DNA from: an uncultured Treponema sp.
Lineage (GTDB): Bacteria; Spirochaetota; Spirochaetia; Treponematales; Treponemataceae
Length of the DNA stretch: 64,000 bases
NCBI GenBank assembly: GCA_963539665.1
Contig: CAUTOX010000002.1
Location: 787-64,786 of the forward strand
Reading direction: 5' to 3'
The position numbers and the translations under genes are program-made. The first letter of the stretch is position 1, and every line of letters starts with the position of its first letter. The notes below the pieces were generated by a model. It saw only the letters and a list, made by a program, of their open reading frames with translations. It did not search any database and was not told where the DNA came from. Below are positions 21,591 to 31,188 of the stretch, piece by piece.

Positions 21591-23306
21591 ATGGATACTT
21601 TTGTTGGAATTGCCGTCGCTGACGGAACGGGAATCGGTACAGCGTTTTTTATTCCCGAACAGGTAAACCGGGTAATTCCGCAAAAGAAGGGTGCGGAAGA
21701 TGCAGCTGCCGGCTGGCTGCGCTTTATGGCGGCAAAGCAGGCAGTTGCGGAAAGCATAGCGGCCGATCTTGCCGCGCTGCCGAAGGATGCGCAATCAAAT
21801 GCCATTCAGCGGGAGATTTTTGAAACCTACTTTCTGATGCTTGAAGATGCGGTTTTTCTGAAAGAAGTGCAACGCTCGTTTGAAGAATCCGCAGACAGCA
21901 TCGAACTCACCATACAGACAAAGGCGATAGAGTATGCGGCGCGGCTCCGTGCAGCAGGAAACGAATATCTTGCCGAACGCGCTCAAGACATTACGGATGT
22001 GTTTGATAAAGTACTCGACCAAATGCTCGGCATCGTTTCGTTCGACATTCACAGCGTTCCCTCCGGCAGCGTGATTTTTGCGAAAACGCTCAGCCCGACC
22101 GACACCATCGTTCTTTCGGAAAAAAATATAGCGGGTTTGGCTCTTGAAGAAGGCGGACGGTCGAGCCACGTCGTCATTCTTGCGCGGAATTACGGCATTC
22201 CCGCAATTGTCGGTATACGCGCCGCAGATGTCCGCGCAAAAATTCAAAATGGGGCGCCGGTTATCGTTGATGCGCAGGCGGCAAAAGTTATTGCCTCCCC
22301 CGACCAACAAACGGCTGAGCGCTACGCGGCGCGCCTTGAACAAGAGCGGCAGGAACGAGCGCACTTGAAAACCTACCTCGAAAAGCCTGCGCGCACAAAG
22401 GACGGAACGGAATTCACGCTCTACGCAAATATCGGTACGCCGGAAGAAGCGGAATTGGCTTATGCGGAAGGCGCTGACGGCATCGGGCTTTTCAGGACGG
22501 AGTTTTTGTATATGAGCCTTGCGGAAAACGCAAACGCACACGACGGCGCATTTGCGGAGGACGCGCAATTTGAAGCGTACAAACGGGTTTTACTTGCGAT
22601 GAAAGGCAAACCTGTTACCATCCGTACGCTGGATGCCGGCGGCGACAAAGTCATCGACAGCGCGGAAATTCCTATGCCGGATGAAAAAAATCCGCTGATG
22701 GGCCTGCGGGCAATCCGGCTAAGCCTTTCGTATCCCGCGCTTTTTAAAACACAACTGCGCGCCCTGTACCGCGCAAGCGTTTACGGCACGCTCAAAATCA
22801 TGCTGCCGCTCATCACAACGGCGGAACAAGTCGAACAGAGCCTTACGCTGATCGAAGAAGTCAAAAGCGAACTCCGGACGCAAAACATTCCGTTTGATGC
22901 GGATGTTCCCGTCGGCATTATGGTTGAAACAGCGGCGGCCGCCATCGCCTCCGACTGCCTCGCAAAGTTGAGCGCGTTTTTTTCCATCGGCACCAACGAC
23001 CTCGTGCAATACGCGCTCGGCGTCGATCGGGAAAACCTTAATGTCTCCGCGCTCTACGATGAGTACAACCTCTCCGTACTGCGCCTCATCAACATGACCA
23101 TCCGCAGCGCGGCGCAAAACAAAATCCCGCTGTCCGTGTGCGGCGAGATGGCCGGCCGCCGGGAAAGTATTTTGATTTTAGGCGGCATGGGTGTTCGCGC
23201 ACTCAGTATGAGTCCCAAGCTCATCTCCGGAACGAAAAAGCTGCTGTCGCAATTTACGATTGCCGAATTGCAGGCGATTTCATCCGCAGAACTCAATATG
23301 TTTTGA
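21591..23306 (+). CDS. ptsI: Phosphoenolpyruvate-protein phosphotransferase (PTS enzyme I)
   Basis: GGRSSHVVILARNYGIPAIVG (phospho-His region), the PEP-utilising TIM-barrel motifs GLFRTEFLY and SIGTNDLVQY. The start is placed at MDTFVGIAVADG (21591), not at ORF start 21465. Confidence 0.9.
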   Translation: MDTFVGIAVADGTGIGTAFFIPEQVNRVIPQKKGAEDAAAGWLRFMAAKQAVAESIAADLAALPKDAQSNAIQREIFETYFLMLEDAVFLKEVQRSFEESADSIELTIQTKAIEYAARLRAAGNEYLAERAQDITDVFDKVLDQMLGIVSFDIHSVPSGSVIFAKTLSPTDTIVLSEKNIAGLALEEGGRSSHVVILARNYGIPAIVGIRAADVRAKIQNGAPVIVDAQAAKVIASPDQQTAERYAARLEQERQERAHLKTYLEKPARTKDGTEFTLYANIGTPEEAELAYAEGADGIGLFRTEFLYMSLAENANAHDGAFAEDAQFEAYKRVLLAMKGKPVTIRTLDAGGDKVIDSAEIPMPDEKNPLMGLRAIRLSLSYPALFKTQLRALYRASVYGTLKIMLPLITTAEQVEQSLTLIEEVKSELRTQNIPFDADVPVGIMVETAAAAIASDCLAKLSAFFSIGTNDLVQYALGVDRENLNVSALYDEYNLSVLRLINMTIRSAAQNKIPLSVCGEMAGRRESILILGGMGVRALSMSPKLISGTKKLLSQFTIAELQAISSAELNMF

Positions 23307-23323
23307 AAAACGGCGGTTTACCC

Positions 23324-24775
23324 ATGACGCAACGCATTGAATCCGATATTTCCGAAGATACAGCGGCTCCGGCGGACGGACAGAAAGTCGGCATAACGGA
23401 AAAAAAATACGAAGGCCTCCCAACGGTTGCGATTGTCGGCCGTCCGAATGTCGGCAAGTCAACGCTGTTCAACCGGTTTATGAATCGGCGAATGGCGATT
23501 GTCAATCCAACGCCCGGCGTTACCCGCGATCCGGTTGAAGGCAACGCGCTGCTGAACGGGCGCCCCGTACATTTTATGGACACCGGCGGCTACAAGCTGC
23601 AACGGGATGCGGGCACAAAAGAAGCGGAGCTTGACGAGCTGGTCGTTGAGCGTTCGCTGGAAGCCCTGCAAAAAGCCGATTTGATTGTGCTGCTGCTTGA
23701 AGCGGGGCAAATTACCGGCGAAGACGAAGAACTCATCCTCAAGCTGCGGCCGCATTGGAAAAAGCTCATCGCAGCGGTCAACAAAACCGAAGGCGGCAGA
23801 AACGAAAGCGATGCATGGGAATGCGCCAAGTTCGGGTTCAACGAGCTGTTGTTCATTTCCGCCTCGCACGGCGACAACATTAGCGAGCTGGCGGAACGGA
23901 TTGTTTCGCGGCTCGATTTTTCCGCCGTCAAGGAGATTGACAGCTCTCCCCCTATCCGCATCGCCATTCTTGGAAAGCCGAACACCGGCAAATCGACGCT
24001 TTCAAACCGCCTGACGCACTCAAACGCTTCGATTGTCAGCGATTACGCCGGAACGACGCGCGACACGGTAGAAGGCGCGTTTGAATACCGGAAGCAAAAG
24101 TTCACCGTACTCGACACCGCCGGTATCCGCCGCAAAGCGAAAGTCAATGAAGATGTCGAATATTATTCGGTGAACCGCGCAATTAAAACGCTTGACCGCA
24201 CGGATATTGTATTCCTTCTGATTGATGCGGAAGAAGGCCTTGCCGAGCAGGACAAAAAGATATGCAGCCTTGCGTATGAACGGGGGCGCGGCATCATATT
24301 CGTCCTCAATAAGTGGGACACACAGCAACAAGACCGCAAAACCATCCGCGAACGGAAAGAATGGATCAATATCATGTTCGGTCAGATGGAATTTGCGCCG
24401 ATTATCCCCGTATCCGCGCTCAATGGCACGGGAATCAAAGATTTACTGGACACCGCGCTTGAACTGTACGGCCAGCTGACGCGCAAAATCGAAACATCCG
24501 CGCTGAATGCCGCGCTCAAAGATTGGTTGCTGCAATATCCGCCGCCGGCAAGCAAAACCGCGCACTTTAAAATCCGGTACATCACGCAGACATCGGTCAA
24601 TCCCGCAGCCTTTCTGATTTTTGCAACTCGTCCCGAAGTCGTCCCGCAAACATATACCGCATTCCTCAAAAACCGCATCCGGAAAGATTTAGGCTTCGAC
24701 AAGATTCCCGTGCAGCTTGAAATCAAAGCAAGCCGGAAAAAGTGGGCGGACAGGCGGGATGCGGAGATGCCGTAA
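23324..24775 (+). CDS. der: Ribosome-biogenesis GTPase Der (EngA)
   Basis: Two tandem G domains (GRPNVGKST and GKPNTGKST; DTGG and DTAG; NKTE and NKWD) plus a KH-like C-terminus. The start is taken at the ATG at 23324, because the upstream ORF extension overlaps ptsI. Confidence 0.9.
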   Translation: MTQRIESDISEDTAAPADGQKVGITEKKYEGLPTVAIVGRPNVGKSTLFNRFMNRRMAIVNPTPGVTRDPVEGNALLNGRPVHFMDTGGYKLQRDAGTKEAELDELVVERSLEALQKADLIVLLLEAGQITGEDEELILKLRPHWKKLIAAVNKTEGGRNESDAWECAKFGFNELLFISASHGDNISELAERIVSRLDFSAVKEIDSSPPIRIAILGKPNTGKSTLSNRLTHSNASIVSDYAGTTRDTVEGAFEYRKQKFTVLDTAGIRRKAKVNEDVEYYSVNRAIKTLDRTDIVFLLIDAEEGLAEQDKKICSLAYERGRGIIFVLNKWDTQQQDRKTIRERKEWINIMFGQMEFAPIIPVSALNGTGIKDLLDTALELYGQLTRKIETSALNAALKDWLLQYPPPASKTAHFKIRYITQTSVNPAAFLIFATRPEVVPQTYTAFLKNRIRKDLGFDKIPVQLEIKASRKKWADRRDAEMP

Positions 24776-24789
24776 GCGCTTAACATTGT

Positions 24790-25480
24790 TGACCGCCTGT
24801 CTCAAGTTTGTCTGACGACAAACTTGCCAGTGGAGTCGTCGCCGGGGCGGACAGGACGGACTGAACCGAGAAGCGTTGACATGGTCGGCTGTCCACTTCA
24901 TGTTTTGCTGCAAGCAAAACATGCTAGCAGAGACGTAGACAGGCAGGAAGGATGCCGTAAGGACGTTACGCTGTCGGCCGCCTGCCTCAAGTTTTGTCTG
25001 ACGGCAAACTTGCGAGCAGGGACGGCTCGGCGGCGTAGCAGCTAGCAAGTTTTGCGTTTGCAAAACTTGGAGCAGACGGCCGTGCCGTTAAATCTTCCAA
25101 GTGCCATTTCTCTGTCCGCAGTGGTCGGGAGAACGAGCACCGTCGTAATGGAGTGGCTTGACCGACCGCTTCCAGTTTTGCGGGCACGAAACTGGCGAGC
25201 AGGTTCGTGGCACGGCGGTCGCGGTCGTGTAAAAAGGAACGCGGAGAGAACAGGGTATCTACTGCGGCGGGAGAATGGGCTTGACCACGTAGCAACTCGC
25301 AAGTGTTGCGCTTGCAAAACTTGGAGCGGACGGCCGTGCTGTTAAATCTTCTAAGTGCCCTTTCATCCGTCCGCCCCCCATTATGCAAGACCTTCTCGCC
25401 TGTTTTGCATAAAGCAAAACAGGAGGCAGGCGGACGCGGCCGTTCCAGCATTCCGGTATCACTTTCATCCGCCTGCCCCA
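24790..25480. repeat. Cluster of hairpin-bearing intergenic repeats (same family as 15130-15785)
   Basis: Seven spaced hairpins of the form CAAG-TTTTGC-loop-GCAAAA-CTTG, for example CATGTTTTGCTGCAAGCAAAACATG, CAAGTTTTGCGTTTGCAAAACTTG and CCTGTTTTGCATAAAGCAAAACAGG. GGACGG...TCCGTCCGCC blocks lie between them. Confidence 0.8.
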
Positions 25481-25482
25481 TA

Positions 25483-27861
25483 TCAGAATTCTGCGCGGGT
25501 GTAGAAAAAAGTGCAGACGTAAGCGGTTGTAATGCCGATGAGAATCGACAGGCCCATCATGCGGACGGGGACAAAGCTGCTCAGCGACAGGGCGCCGAAT
25601 GAAACAGCAGTTGTTACAAACGACAGCGCAATGGCAAATGGCTCTAGCTTGGCGTTTTCGCTTTTATCTTTGCGTTTCTCGTTTTCAATCATGTAAATAA
25701 CGTAGTCAAGCCCCAACCCAAACACCAAAATAATTCCCGTAATGGAGAAAAACTCCAGCTTGATGCCGGCCGCCGCAAAAACCGCCGCTTCAAACAGCAC
25801 GATAAGCAGCGGGACGGACAAGATTTTGAACGTCTGCTTCCACGTATACGCGAATTTGAGCGCCGCGAACAAAATGAGGTAGACGACCGCAAAGAGCGTT
25901 AAAATCGTGCGGGAAAGCCGGTCTAAATCATTGTTCATGTCGTGCATTTTATTGATGAAATACGCGCCGTCAACTTTTTCGGCAAGCGCACGGTACGCTG
26001 CCTCGTCCGTAACCGACACCGGCAAAATGACGGAATAATATTTTTTTCCGATTTGCCCAATCCATGTCGAAGAAACAGCGTTCTCCAAAAAAGTAGGAAG
26101 CTCTTTTTCCGGCGAAACGAAATCGGCCGCGCTCGCATCAAATTCCACCTGCAAGCGTTCCGCATACGGCGCATCGAAGCCCAACGCCTCGTATTGCGCG
26201 TGTGCAAGGGGAAGCAATTTTGCCGCCGCTTGGCGCGATGCCGTTTGCTTTGCGCGCGACGGAATAAACGCCGACGTGCAGACAAAACCGCCCTGCGCCT
26301 TTCCGTGATTAAGGCGCTTCAATTCCGCAGCAAGACGCTCCTCATGCTGCAACAGCTCCTCCGCAGATTCTCCGCTCACCACAAACCAGCCGGACGGATT
26401 GTACTGCAAGATGCCCGCCGCTTCCTTTTCGTTTTCAAATTCCCGCCCCTCAAGCCGGTAGAGCCGGTCAACTTTATTTTCAATCGTAAGGTTCTTGTGG
26501 AACGCCGTCAGCATTGCCGCCGCCGCAACGAACATTCCGGTTACGGCGACGCGCCCCGCAGCCTTCGGATTGTACCATGCCGGCGTTTTTACCAGATGAA
26601 TGAACGTAACCTTCCGCGCTCCCGATGGCATCGGAATGTGCGGAAAGATGCAAATCACCGTCAAAAAGGAGCTGAATATGCCGGTCATTGAAAAAACGGA
26701 CATCTGCCTAAGCAAATTAAACGGCGCAAAGACGAGCGCAAAATAGCAGAGCACCGTCGAAAACATCGAAAGCAGAAGCCCTTTAAGCAAATGATTCCGC
26801 GTCTGCATTCCGGTTTGGAGGGCGCTATTTCCTTTCCAGTTGACAAAATAGTGGAGACTGTAGTCGATGCACGAACCAATGAGCGATGTGCCGAACACAA
26901 GCGTCAGAATGTGCATTTTCCCGAAAACCGCAAGGGTCGAAAGCGCAGCCGTCGCCGTCGATACCGCAATCAGCGCAGCCGAATACACAATCGGGAGGTG
27001 GCTCCGAAAGATTAAAAGCAAAATAGACAGCACCGCCAGCAAGGAAACGGCGGAAATAACCGTAATTTCGCGCGAGGCGTTTGAAGAGCTTTTGTAGCTG
27101 TGAAAGGGCGTTCCCGAATAGACAAAACGGATGCCGTCTTTTTCAAGCGGATCGCACACCTGCCGTATTTGCACGACGGCATTCGCCTTGCTTGCAAGCG
27201 CCGCCCCCTTTTTGCTGAGCGTCCCGCGAATCATCACGTACCAGCGATCGTTTGCAAAAGAAGCGAGCGTCCCCGCCTTGGGCGACATCTTCGTTCCGGA
27301 GTCCTGCAATTCCGAAAGATAATGCTGCATAACCGAATCGCCGAGCATGAACGGATCTCTTTCCAATGAATCAAGCGAGGCAATGGTGAACGCGCTATAG
27401 GCTTTCGTCAGCGCATCCTGCGCAAAGCGTTCTGAACCGCCGTCCATATTAATAGAAGAAACAGCTGCATCATTCAAAAGATTCCAGCGGTAGCGTTGGG
27501 CAAAATCCAGAGCGGATTCAAGCAGCGACGCATCCTGATACAGCGTAATCGACTTAAAACGCGGGCTATCTTTGAGTTCGGCATATACCGTTTCCGCAGT
27601 CCGTTTTGCCGTTTCAAAATCGATATGGGAAACCAGAATAAACACATTCTGCGCTGTTATTTCGGTTAATTTGTCGTCAGCCGCATTTAAAGCCTCGCTT
27701 AACGCAGGCTTCGGCAACATATTGAATAAATCCGTGTCAATGCTGACTGCGCCCTTCCGCATAAAAAACGCGGATGCGAACGCAAGCGCGGCCAACGCAT
27801 GAAAAGCAAACCAGATTTTCCGGAAGGCGCTATTTTGCAATAAAGTAAGATTTTTCAGCAT
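25483..27861 (-). CDS. MMPL/RND-superfamily membrane exporter
   Basis: 792 aa. Two blocks of about 5-6 TM helices are each preceded by a large soluble loop, the typical MMPL/'putative exporter' topology. Confidence 0.6.
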   Translation of the reverse strand: MLKNLTLLQNSAFRKIWFAFHALAALAFASAFFMRKGAVSIDTDLFNMLPKPALSEALNAADDKLTEITAQNVFILVSHIDFETAKRTAETVYAELKDSPRFKSITLYQDASLLESALDFAQRYRWNLLNDAAVSSINMDGGSERFAQDALTKAYSAFTIASLDSLERDPFMLGDSVMQHYLSELQDSGTKMSPKAGTLASFANDRWYVMIRGTLSKKGAALASKANAVVQIRQVCDPLEKDGIRFVYSGTPFHSYKSSSNASREITVISAVSLLAVLSILLLIFRSHLPIVYSAALIAVSTATAALSTLAVFGKMHILTLVFGTSLIGSCIDYSLHYFVNWKGNSALQTGMQTRNHLLKGLLLSMFSTVLCYFALVFAPFNLLRQMSVFSMTGIFSSFLTVICIFPHIPMPSGARKVTFIHLVKTPAWYNPKAAGRVAVTGMFVAAAAMLTAFHKNLTIENKVDRLYRLEGREFENEKEAAGILQYNPSGWFVVSGESAEELLQHEERLAAELKRLNHGKAQGGFVCTSAFIPSRAKQTASRQAAAKLLPLAHAQYEALGFDAPYAERLQVEFDASAADFVSPEKELPTFLENAVSSTWIGQIGKKYYSVILPVSVTDEAAYRALAEKVDGAYFINKMHDMNNDLDRLSRTILTLFAVVYLILFAALKFAYTWKQTFKILSVPLLIVLFEAAVFAAAGIKLEFFSITGIILVFGLGLDYVIYMIENEKRKDKSENAKLEPFAIALSFVTTAVSFGALSLSSFVPVRMMGLSILIGITTAYVCTFFYTRAEF

Positions 27862-28450
27862 CGCTGAGCTCCAGAGGATATTTTTGGTCGGAAAAGCGAT
27901 ACGTTATCGTGTCGCCGGAGGCTTCGGTCATGACGATTGCGTTCATGTCCGCTCCATTTGCGCCGGAAAGCGTAATCGACTGCAAGACAGCGGCGATGGC
28001 GCGGTCTTTGGGAGAAAGAATTGCGCGCCAGCGTTCCGAATCGCCGGAAAACTGGACGGTAAAGTTTGCAGAAAGCGCATCGGCATTACCGGAAAATACC
28101 GCCGACAGCGTTGATGCAATGCTCGTAAAAATCTGATTCGACGAAGCGTCAATCACCGTCTGCCTGCCGTCTTGCATCGTCTGAATGACGGATGTTTTGC
28201 CGACCGCCAGTGTCGAAGGAAATGGCTTGAGCGTCTTCCACATGATACCGTCAAGGCTAAAGATAAATGTACCGCTCGACTTCAATTCTCGTCCGGCCTT
28301 TTTGATGGTCTTTACCTGCGTAAAATTCCCCGTCATGTTCGGGCGCGCGGAAAGCTGTTTGCAGACCGATTGAAAAGTCAGCTCTCCTGCGGAAAGCGCG
28401 GCGGATAAAAACACTGCGGCGAAACAGGCTAAGATTTTTTTCATTTTCAA
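27830..28450 (-). CDS. LolA-like outer-membrane lipoprotein carrier family protein
   Basis: 206 aa with a signal peptide. The pattern GNFTQVKTIKKAGRELKSSGTFIFS...GIMWKTLKPF resembles LolA-like proteins. It overlaps the MMPL gene start, so the two look operonic. Confidence 0.5.
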   Translation of the reverse strand: MKMKKILACFAAVFLSAALSAGELTFQSVCKQLSARPNMTGNFTQVKTIKKAGRELKSSGTFIFSLDGIMWKTLKPFPSTLAVGKTSVIQTMQDGRQTVIDASSNQIFTSIASTLSAVFSGNADALSANFTVQFSGDSERWRAILSPKDRAIAAVLQSITLSGANGADMNAIVMTEASGDTITYRFSDQKYPLELSDAEKSYFIAK

Positions 28451-28485
28451 CTCCTTATAAAAAAATAAATGAATCGTTCAGCATG

Positions 28486-28522
28486 AGACCTGTTCTGAAA
28501 CTAAAGTTTCAGAACAGGTCTA
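28486..28522. mobile_element. Minimal palindromic MITE copy (termini only), probably also a bidirectional terminator
   Basis: AGACCTGTTCTGAAACT-AA-AGTTTCAGAACAGGTCT is a perfect 17-bp inverted repeat. Confidence 0.6.
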
Positions 28523-28583
28523 TTATCGGCAAGAGTACCGAATTACGCGGCATCGGCGCATCGTTGCAAAGCCTGCCGGATGT

Positions 28584-29009
28584 TCAGGATTCCGTCATTG
28601 CGGCCTTTACTTTTTCTATAAAAATTGCCGGACAGACAAACGATGATTCCCACGTATCGATTTTCAACGTCATCTGAACGGTTTGCGCCTTTGTGCAAAT
28701 CGCGCCGCTTTCATCAAAAATCTCATAATTGATTTTAATGCAGTTTTCATATTCGACAAGCGCCGCGCGAATCCGCGCATTTTCCCCAAATCGCAGCGGA
28801 CGGACATATTTTATAGTAATGTTGGTAATTGGAAAAGCGTAGCCGTTTGCGCGCATCTCTTTGTAGCCGAACCCAACAGCATCGAGAAGCGCACAACGCG
28901 CACGTTCCATGTACTTGACATAATTTCCGTGCCACACAACATCCATCGAATCCACATCGTAAAACTCAACGTGCAGGGGAATCTCAACAGCCGGCAAGTC
29001 CTTCGGCAT
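28584..29009 (-). CDS. Acyl-CoA thioesterase, hotdog fold (4HBT/YbgC-like)
   Basis: 141 aa. VEFYDVDSMDVVWHGNYVKYMERAR matches the YbgC/4HBT catalytic N-terminal motif. Confidence 0.7.
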   Translation of the reverse strand: MPKDLPAVEIPLHVEFYDVDSMDVVWHGNYVKYMERARCALLDAVGFGYKEMRANGYAFPITNITIKYVRPLRFGENARIRAALVEYENCIKINYEIFDESGAICTKAQTVQMTLKIDTWESSFVCPAIFIEKVKAAMTES

Positions 29010-29691
29010 ATTTCCTCCTTAATATCGAACACAACCGCCCCGCCGCACACGTTCAACCGCGCCCTGCAGGCCCGTGAGCGTATCGATACAGCGCATTTGA
29101 AATCGCCATGAATTGTATAGATATAACACGCACTCGTAAAGTTCGGGAGTAAGACAACCGATTTGGCGGATTTCGTTATGTTACCGCCAGCCAGTTTGTT
29201 TCCTCAAAGCAAACAAGAGCGAACGGCACGAAAAGACGTGCTTATGGCATCGTTCTCGTTACTCGCCGTCGGCTAATGATCGGCCAACTGACGACAAAAG
29301 TATGAAAAAACGTAAATTATTAGGTTGAATGCCGAGTTTTTGGAAATAGTTAAGGGCACCTCGAAAAACTCGCTTTTTGCGATTTTTTCGAGATTGCGAC
29401 GAGTTGTAACTCGCTGGATTATCGCGAGTTACAACATCGCATTTTCAAAGTTACCTCTAAAAACTGAAGTTTTTAGAGGTTCCCTTAAGAAACAAGGAAA
29501 GAAGCGCGGCCGAACATCATCAACAAGATGGAACAAAAATGCAGAAATGCTGAAAAAGAAATGTCTAAACATCTCCGCCGCACTTCTTGCACAATGATAA
29601 ATCAGATTGTAATTCAATTTCATAACTGACCGGACTTTCTATTCTGTTGCGCGGCAAGGAATCTGGAAGGGTTCCTTAGAAAGCACTCGTT

Positions 29692-30370
29692 TCATATCTT
29701 TCTCGTTGCCTTGCACGTCTTTGTTCCTGAATTATACATCTTTTGGAGATATTCTTTAAGAAGATAGCCTGCATCGGGCACGAAAGTTCCTATAAGCCCT
29801 TCCGTTATATCAACGAAAGATCGGCTATCATGTTCTTTGCCCGGACGGAAGCAGAGTTTTTCAGTGTGCCGTCGGCCGCGCATATTCCCTGCAAGTTGAA
29901 GCCGAAAAACCATCCTTATTGATGATTCTCCCCTGTCTGCCAGTCCTTTCATAACCTTGTGAGAGGGCTTATAACGGTTTTTACAGACTGAAATAGGCGT
30001 CGAATCGACATAAACAGTGCAGGCTGTTCAGATAGAGCTGGTATTGTACAAAAGCGCCTATGGCTCCCGCTGCCTTGTTTGCGGCTTTCAAAAAATTCTC
30101 GTAATTCGTGAGCATAGGAAAATATGAAATGTAATGTTCGTTGGCATTTTTATGAAAGGGCATCTCAAAAAACCTTGTTGGATTTTTAGAGATGCTCGTC
30201 GATTTTTCATAAGTCTTTATATATCGGTAACTTATGAAAAACATCGCAAAAGGAATCTCCGGGAAACCTCTAAAAAACTGAATTTTTTGGAGGTTCCCAA
30301 ATATTTTAAGGTCGCTAGGCCTGTCGAATATGTGGATAAGGTTCAATGTTACGACATCAGCAACTGTCAT
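29692..30370 (-). pseudogene. Possible DDE-transposase debris (family not determined)
   Basis: Two short adjacent minus-strand ORFs. One contains VPDAGYLLKEYL, reminiscent of the DAGY(x)S motif of IS4/IS5/IS1182-type transposases. They are surrounded by palindromic elements. The evidence is weak. Confidence 0.25.
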
Positions 30371-30488
30371 CCTGCGTTTAGGGACACGCTTGCCATAATA
30401 CAGAGCGAGGTTCTTTTTTCCGGCAGGAGTTTTAAGAAAATGATGGCTACAATCATCAATTGTGCAATAGAGCTGTTCGATAACCCCA

Positions 30489-30589
30489 TTATCGAACAGG
30501 TCAACGATCTAAATCGTTCTATTTGCGCAAGTTAGATCATCGTATTTTAAAGTAACCAGTTCTGAAACTGAAGTTTCCGAACAGGTCTA
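30489..30589. mobile_element. Inverted, slightly truncated copy of the TAGACCTGTTCG-type MITE
   Basis: TTATCGAACAGGTC..CTAAATCGTTCTATTTGCGCAAGTTAGAT..AGTTCTGAAACTGAAGTTTCCGAACAGGTCTA is collinear with the reverse complement of 52712-52835. Confidence 0.7.
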
Positions 30590-31188
30590 ATATAATGAGG
30601 TCAGGCTATTTTTGCTTTTGTTGGGGTAAATAAAATTCTAAGAACGTGTTTGAAGTCTTCTATGAAGCTAATTTTAACTGGTTAAATGGAATAATTTTCA
30701 TATATTTTAGGTCTTTTTCAATCAATGAGACGTAAAATAAAGCTTGTTTCGCTTGAAACAGCGGTCTCGTTGGAAAAACAAAAAACGCAAGGCTAATAGC
30801 GCTTTGTAATCTATAGTATTGAGCGTTATAGCAATCTTTTATATAAGACTTTAAACAAGTTCTGAACTACAGAACTCCGGAGGCTGTTTATTCAAAAATT
30901 GCATCCTGCGGCGCGGAGGCTCAAATTTTGACAAATCAATGAACAAAAAGTAGAATAGGCCCGTTCGTAAACTTTATTGTCGAACAGGTTTAATCAACAT
31001 CCTTCAGGCAGGTATCGGGGGCTGTTGTTCCAATAAGGTGGTTGTAGGCAACTTTAATCCTCATTATTACGATGCAGGGTGTTGGGGGATTAAAAATTTC
31101 GCACGAATAAACCGAAAAACGCCCTGCGTTTGTTTAGAAAAAGTTTATATCTGACAGAGCTTTTGCCCGCACGGAGAATCATGACGTT

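Noticed and set aside
21465-23323. N-terminal extensions in the ORF track for ptsI (from 21465) and der (from 23138).
   Set aside because: The extensions are Arg/Cys-rich and non-conserved-looking. For der, the extension overlaps the end of ptsI. The conserved N-termini begin at 21591 and 23324.
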